Source: a virus
Taxonomy: Duplodnaviria > Caudoviricetes
DNA: 37,963 nt
Virus record (IMG/VR): IMGVR_UViG_3300042934_000176
Span: 1 to 37,963 of that record
Reading direction: 5' to 3' (one strand)
Shown: piece after piece, positions 34,325 through 37,963 of the stretch
Layout: each line of letters starts with the position of its first letter
Position numbering within the stretch: the first letter of the stretch is position 1
Program-made: the position numbers and the translations under genes
Notes under the pieces: model-generated
Seen by the model: only the letters and a program-made list of their open reading frames with translations
Database searches by the model: none
What the model was told of the DNA's origin: nothing

Positions 34325-34480
34325 CTAGGCCGTTTGTTTTTCTAACATTTGCTTATCTCTTAATGCTCCTGCGTATACAAGGATGATTTTCCTTGATTCT
34401 TCATCAAGGGATTCAAAGATGTTTACAATCTCTTTGCCTTCCTGCAGGTCTTTTTCAGTTAAGTGATTATACTTAGCCAT
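34325..34480 (-). CDS. 51-aa first lytic gene (Cro position); resembles repressor C-terminal domain; not in ORF track
   Basis: RBS AAAGGAG; MAKYNHLTEKDLQEGKEIVNIFESLDEESRKIILVYAGALRDKQMLEKQTA*. Confidence 0.85.
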   Translation of the reverse strand: MAKYNHLTEKDLQEGKEIVNIFESLDEESRKIILVYAGALRDKQMLEKQTA

Positions 34481-34510
34481 GTAATCAGCTCCTTTCTTGT
34501 GTGGCTATAT

Positions 34511-34604
34511 TGTTGTCTATGTGAACATTATATGGCACTCCGAGAACATTGTCAACTGCTTTTTATATTTTTTTGTTGACTTCGAGAACAAAATATATTA
34601 CAAT
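34511..34604. promoter_or_regulatory. Divergent lysis/lysogeny promoters and repressor operators
   Basis: Minus: TTGACA(34555-34550)-17-TATAAT(34532-34527). Plus: TTGACT(34576-34581)-17-TACAAT(34599-34604). Operators TGTT-N9-AACA at 34511-34527 and 34574-34590; half site CGAGAACA at 34541-34548. Confidence 0.85.
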
Positions 34605-34628
34605 ACAGTTAGAAGTGGAGGTGATAGC

Positions 34629-34997
34629 TTGAATGAAAGAATAAAAGATATAAGAATTGCATTACAGATAACGCAAGAAGATTTCGGGAAAAGAATAGGT
34701 TCTGCGCGTAACACCATTGCAAATTATGAAACTGGAAATAGGAATCCTTCAAATGCAGTAATAATGGCTATATGTAGGGAATTTAATGTTAATGAGAATT
34801 GGCTCCGAACTGGAGAAGGAGAAATGTTTTTAAACTTCCCTGTCGAAGATGAATACTTCAAGGCAGCTACAGAGATTTCTAAGAGCAATGATAAATTAGC
34901 TATGCAAGCAGTAATTGAATATTGGAAATTAGATGAAGATAGCAAAAAACTGTTAAGAAATTTTATAATACATATTGCAGAAAAAAGTAAAGAGTAG
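34629..34997 (+). CDS. XRE-family HTH prophage repressor (122 aa, no S24 peptidase domain)
   Basis: Start re-assigned to TTG 34629 after GGAGGTG; ERIK.IR....TQEDFG...IANYETGNRNPS...FNVNE.WLRTGEGEM. Confidence 0.93.
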   Translation: MNERIKDIRIALQITQEDFGKRIGSARNTIANYETGNRNPSNAVIMAICREFNVNENWLRTGEGEMFLNFPVEDEYFKAATEISKSNDKLAMQAVIEYWKLDEDSKKLLRNFIIHIAEKSKE

Positions 34998-35011
34998 GCT
35001 CTCACCTACTC
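34981..35011 (-). terminator. Terminator hairpin between repressor and convergent mini-gene
   Basis: GAGTAGG/CCTACTC stem; U-rich tail on the minus strand. Confidence 0.65.
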
Positions 35012-35023
35012 CACTTATAAAAA

Positions 35024-35131
35024 CTAGTTCAGAAAAGTTTTTATTACAGTATAGATTTTAGACAAGATGGAAACATCATTTATCTTATCTAACAATTTAA
35101 TAATTGTATCCTTGTATTCATCTGCGTTCAA
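35024..35131 (-). CDS. 35-aa SOS-controlled peptide, putative antirepressor; not in ORF track
   Basis: RBS GGAGGGAG, TTG start; MNADEYKDTIIKLLDKINDVSILSKIYTVIKTFLN*; dedicated promoter and terminator. Confidence 0.8.
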   Translation of the reverse strand: MNADEYKDTIIKLLDKINDVSILSKIYTVIKTFLN

Positions 35132-35150
35132 TATGTACTCCCTCCATTAC

Positions 35151-35209
35151 AAACACACGTTCTAAAGTAGCGATAAATAAATTATAGAACATCTGTTCTG
35201 TTTTTACAA
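35151..35209 (-). promoter_or_regulatory. sigmaA promoter with two Gram-positive LexA (SOS) boxes
   Basis: TTGTAA(35209-35204)-17-TATAAT(35186-35181); GAAC-ATCT-GTTC at 35187-35198 in the spacer; one-mismatch box AAAC-ACAC-GTTC at 35151-35162. Confidence 0.85.
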
Positions 35210-35294
35210 GTGATATTTGTAACTTTTGGTAGTATTTTTTATCTTCCTTTGATATAATGGTAAATGATGTAAACCATAAATAAGGGGGATTAAT

Positions 35295-36176
35295 ATGAAA
35301 TTTATAGTTAAAGTATTTCTAATTATTTTTTTTGTTTATTGGGAGTTTGGATTTTTATTAAATATATCTAAATATAAAAATACTTCTTCAGTAATTACTG
35401 CAGTAATATTAGTGATTCTACCAATTTTAATTTATAAGCTCTTAAAACGCAGAAATTCCTCTATCAATGACAAAAAATATACCATAAAAATGATAAACTA
35501 TATAAATAAGCAAAATGACGAGATGGAGCTTATACCTTCTGGTGATAGCAGCTATTTAAATACATTATTGCCTGATGGAAAAACGATTAAGCAAGCGCAA
35601 ATCGATGGCTTTAAGGAAAGTATTATTTACAAGAAAAACAGCGCCAATCCTAAATTTCATAGAACAGAAGATGATGATGATGAATTATCCAGTTGTTTTT
35701 ATCATAAGTTTCAAAAAACAATCTCACTTGCCGAAGATAAGCTATTTAAGTTAGCAAATTCTATATCGTCTGATAATTTAGATGAAGAAGTCATAAGAAC
35801 AAAAAAAACTATTGCTCATTATGAACAATTCAGAGAGTTCTGTTATTCCCATGGCAAAGGAGGTCAGATATATTTTGATGATATGTGGGAGCACTGTCAT
35901 AATTCGAAGAACCCTGATTTTAGCTATATAGAGTACTTTGAAAATCATCTTGATAAACTGGAAATGAGAAGATTAAATATTGATGAACATGCAATAATAA
36001 GGTCAAAATTAATAGAGTTTATTAAGGCTAATGATGGTATAAAGCAAAGCAATATATACAAAGAATTCGAGCCAGATTATAAACACATCATCCGTTCTGT
36101 ATTAATGGACTTAGAGAAATATGGAATAATAACAAGAGTTAAAAAAGGCAACACGTATGAGTTACATATAAAATAA
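35295..36176 (+). CDS. Membrane-anchored protein with C-terminal winged-helix-like domain (lysogeny module)
   Basis: Two N-terminal TM segments; C-terminal GIKQSNIYK...VL.DLEK.GIITRVKKGNTYEL. Confidence 0.75.
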   Translation: MKFIVKVFLIIFFVYWEFGFLLNISKYKNTSSVITAVILVILPILIYKLLKRRNSSINDKKYTIKMINYINKQNDEMELIPSGDSSYLNTLLPDGKTIKQAQIDGFKESIIYKKNSANPKFHRTEDDDDELSSCFYHKFQKTISLAEDKLFKLANSISSDNLDEEVIRTKKTIAHYEQFREFCYSHGKGGQIYFDDMWEHCHNSKNPDFSYIEYFENHLDKLEMRRLNIDEHAIIRSKLIEFIKANDGIKQSNIYKEFEPDYKHIIRSVLMDLEKYGIITRVKKGNTYELHIK

Positions 36177-36290
36177 AAAACCGCCCCTACTTGCAATAGG
36201 AACGGTTTGCCGATACATATAAACTAGAGCCTAGCCTATATAATATCTCGCACACAGGCATATTATATCACACCTGGAATTGCCTAACAA
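36172..36290 (-). ncRNA. Putative antisense sRNA unit in the integrase leader
   Basis: Minus-strand TTGTTA(36290-36285)-17-TATAAT(36267-36262) and a terminator hairpin (36178-36208) whose T run is on the minus strand. Confidence 0.55.
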
Positions 36291-36360
36291 TACCAAACAT
36301 ACGCTCTAGTTTATTAATTAGGGCTATTTTTCTGCACATTTTCAGAAAGGAATAATTAAT

Positions 36361-37929
36361 ATGTTAAGGGCTTCAATATATGCTAGATATAGTTCGGATA
36401 ATCAAAGAGAAGAATCGATAGAGGCTCAAACAAGAGCAATATCTGAATATGCAAATAATAATAATTATAGAATAGTTAAAACTTATGTTGATGAGGCATT
36501 TTCCGCCAAAACAGATAACAGACCTCAGTTCTTGCAGATGATATCCGATGCTAAGAACCGCTTGTTTGACGTTGTTATTTGCCATAAATTAGATCGTTTT
36601 GCCCGAAATAGATATGATTCTGCCTTTTATAAAAGAATACTCAAAGAAAATGGAATTAGACTTATTTCCGTCCTTGAAAACTTTGACGATAGTCCTGAAT
36701 CAATAATATTAGAATCTGTCCTGGAAGGGATGGCTGAATACTACTCTGCTAACCTTGCCAGAGAAGTAATGAAGGGATTAAAAGAAAATGCTCTGCAATG
36801 TAAACACACTGGTGGTAAACCAGCTTTTGGTTATGATGTAGATAAAGACAAAAATTATATTATTAACAAACATGAGGCCAAGGCAGTATTAGAAATATTT
36901 GAAATGGTAAATAGCTTCCATAGCGTAGGTGAAATAATATCATGGTTAGATTCTAATGGATACAGAACAAAATATGGCACTCAATTTACAGCAGGATCCA
37001 TTAATGCAATAGTACGAAATGAAAAGTATAAAGGTGTATATGTATACGGAAAAAATAAACGTATACAACAAAACGGTATTTTAAAAAATGTTACTGGAGA
37101 TGATATAGTGAGAATTGAAGATGGTATCCCAAGAATAATATCAGATAGTGAATGGGATAATGCTAATAAAATATACAATGAAAGACAACATAAAGCAGGC
37201 GGGCAGGCAAAAGCCAAAGAAGTGTATCTTCTGTCAGGTGTAATTCAGTGTGGACTTTGCGGCGGATCCATGTGTGGTAATAAAATTAAGTCTGGTAGAA
37301 ATAAGTCACTAAGAATTACCTATAAATGCAATACCAGGAAAGCAAAAAAAACTTGCGATGCTAAAGACATAAGGAAGGACCTTATTGAAAGTATAATTAT
37401 TGATGAACTAGAAACTACAATTTCAGAAGACGGAATTAATAAATTAGTTGATTTTATTATGGAACAAATGAATGAAATGTCAAAGGAGATACCTGGAGAG
37501 ATTAATGATTTAGAAAAGAGGTTGGCAATCAGTAATAAACAGATTGATTCCATGGTCAATGCTATTATGAATGGTTTATTTTCTGATGCAGTTAAGGAAA
37601 AATTAGAATATTTAGAACTAGAAAAACGGGACTTACTGGATAGACTAAAATATCTAAAAATTAATAATGATTTAGCTAATGCTCCAAGTAAAGAAAAAGT
37701 AAAAGAGATTCTGAGAATGGATATGAATATAAAAAATAAAAGCCTCAATGATCAGCAAAGAATCATTAAGACTTATATTAAAAAAGTTGTTGTGTATCCA
37801 ACCTACGTCGAGATTTACTCGGAAGTGGATACTAAAAGTGGAGCTGAGGGGAATCGAACCCCTGTCCGAAAGCCCATTCATTGCAGTATCTCCCATCACA
37901 GTCAATCATTTAACATTCCCTCCGTCTAA
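36361..37929 (+). CDS. Large serine recombinase (phage integrase), prophage form
   Basis: YARYSS catalytic Ser, RPQF, KLDRFARN, recombinase domain, CGLCG...C...C zinc ribbon, coiled coil; last 26 aa read from the antisense strand of tmRNA. Confidence 0.97.
   Translation: MLRASIYARYSSDNQREESIEAQTRAISEYANNNNYRIVKTYVDEAFSAKTDNRPQFLQMISDAKNRLFDVVICHKLDRFARNRYDSAFYKRILKENGIRLISVLENFDDSPESIILESVLEGMAEYYSANLAREVMKGLKENALQCKHTGGKPAFGYDVDKDKNYIINKHEAKAVLEIFEMVNSFHSVGEIISWLDSNGYRTKYGTQFTAGSINAIVRNEKYKGVYVYGKNKRIQQNGILKNVTGDDIVRIEDGIPRIISDSEWDNANKIYNERQHKAGGQAKAKEVYLLSGVIQCGLCGGSMCGNKIKSGRNKSLRITYKCNTRKAKKTCDAKDIRKDLIESIIIDELETTISEDGINKLVDFIMEQMNEMSKEIPGEINDLEKRLAISNKQIDSMVNAIMNGLFSDAVKEKLEYLELEKRDLLDRLKYLKINNDLANAPSKEKVKEILRMDMNIKNKSLNDQQRIIKTYIKKVVVYPTYVEIYSEVDTKSGAEGNRTPVRKPIHCSISHHSQSFNIPSV
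37723..37847 (+). repeat. 125-bp exact direct repeat, copy 2
   Basis: Identical to 1..125. Confidence 0.97.
37823..37870. other. Prophage-host junction (phage half-site + tmRNA half-site; attR in this orientation)
   Basis: Left arm equals the attP left arm; right of GA (37846-37847) is tmRNA T-arm sequence. Confidence 0.9.
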
Positions 37930-37963
37930 CGCCGGTTGACAGGCTTTAGATTTCAGTAGCTTC
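37839..37963 (-). ncRNA. ssrA: tmRNA, 3' part (5' part outside the window)
   Basis: Minus strand ...GCTTTCGGACAGGGGTTCGATTCCCCTCAGCTCCA: GAC before the T-arm, Ala-type acceptor 3' strand CAGCTCC-A, and no tRNA 5' half at the expected distance. Confidence 0.88.

Larger units (their letters stand above)
126..37847. mobile_element. Complete temperate siphophage (prophage) genome unit, 37,722 bp, integrated in tmRNA
   Basis: Contiguous integrase, repressor, replication, packaging, head, tail and lysis modules, bounded by two copies of the same att crossover (GA at 124-125 and 37846-37847). Confidence 0.97.

Noticed and set aside
34497-34628. 44-aa N-terminal extension of the repressor in the ORF track
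   Set aside because: Spans the promoter/operator region; RBS GGAGGTG supports TTG at 34629.
36295-36306. Possible SOS box upstream of integrase (AAAC-ATAC-GCTC)
   Set aside because: Two mismatches to GAAC-N4-GTTC and overlaps the inverted repeat; insufficient support.
37839-37915. Possible tRNA gene at the right end
   Set aside because: Only the T-arm and acceptor 3' strand are tRNA-like; no matching 5' acceptor strand within tRNA distance, and the context fits tmRNA.
37748-37939. ORF ...VELRGIEPLSESPF... and minus-strand ORF 37672..37905
   Set aside because: Shadow translations of the tmRNA/integrase overlap; no independent RBS or coding signal.

Overview
The window holds one complete unit (37,722 bp) of a temperate siphovirus of a low-GC Firmicute, probably Clostridia (inferred from gene content and Gram-positive SOS boxes). 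It is integrated by a large serine recombinase into the 3' end of the host tmRNA gene (ssrA, minus strand, right edge). The + strand carries the integrase, a membrane/wHTH gene, the repressor and a secreted Ig-domain moron. The minus strand carries small early genes, a PolA/VirE/SNF2 replication module with an iteron-rich origin, a late activator, A118-like head and tail genes, and lysis genes. Main observations: (1) the crossover site lies inside the integrase ORF, and both an intact attP (left edge) and the tmRNA junction (right edge) are visible, giving two different integrase C-termini; (2) the lysis/lysogeny switch has no HTH Cro and no self-cleaving CI, but has two unannotated mini-proteins, one resembling the repressor's own C-terminal domain and one behind a LexA-boxed promoter; (3) a Com-like zinc-ribbon mini-gene and an RBS-overlapping hairpin precede the tape-measure gene; (4) a tRNA-shaped RNA with a non-canonical anticodon arm sits in the late leader; (5) two replication proteins have prion-like Q/P/Y regions; (6) several antisense sRNA units are predicted. 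All family assignments come from motif recognition by eye; no searches were run.
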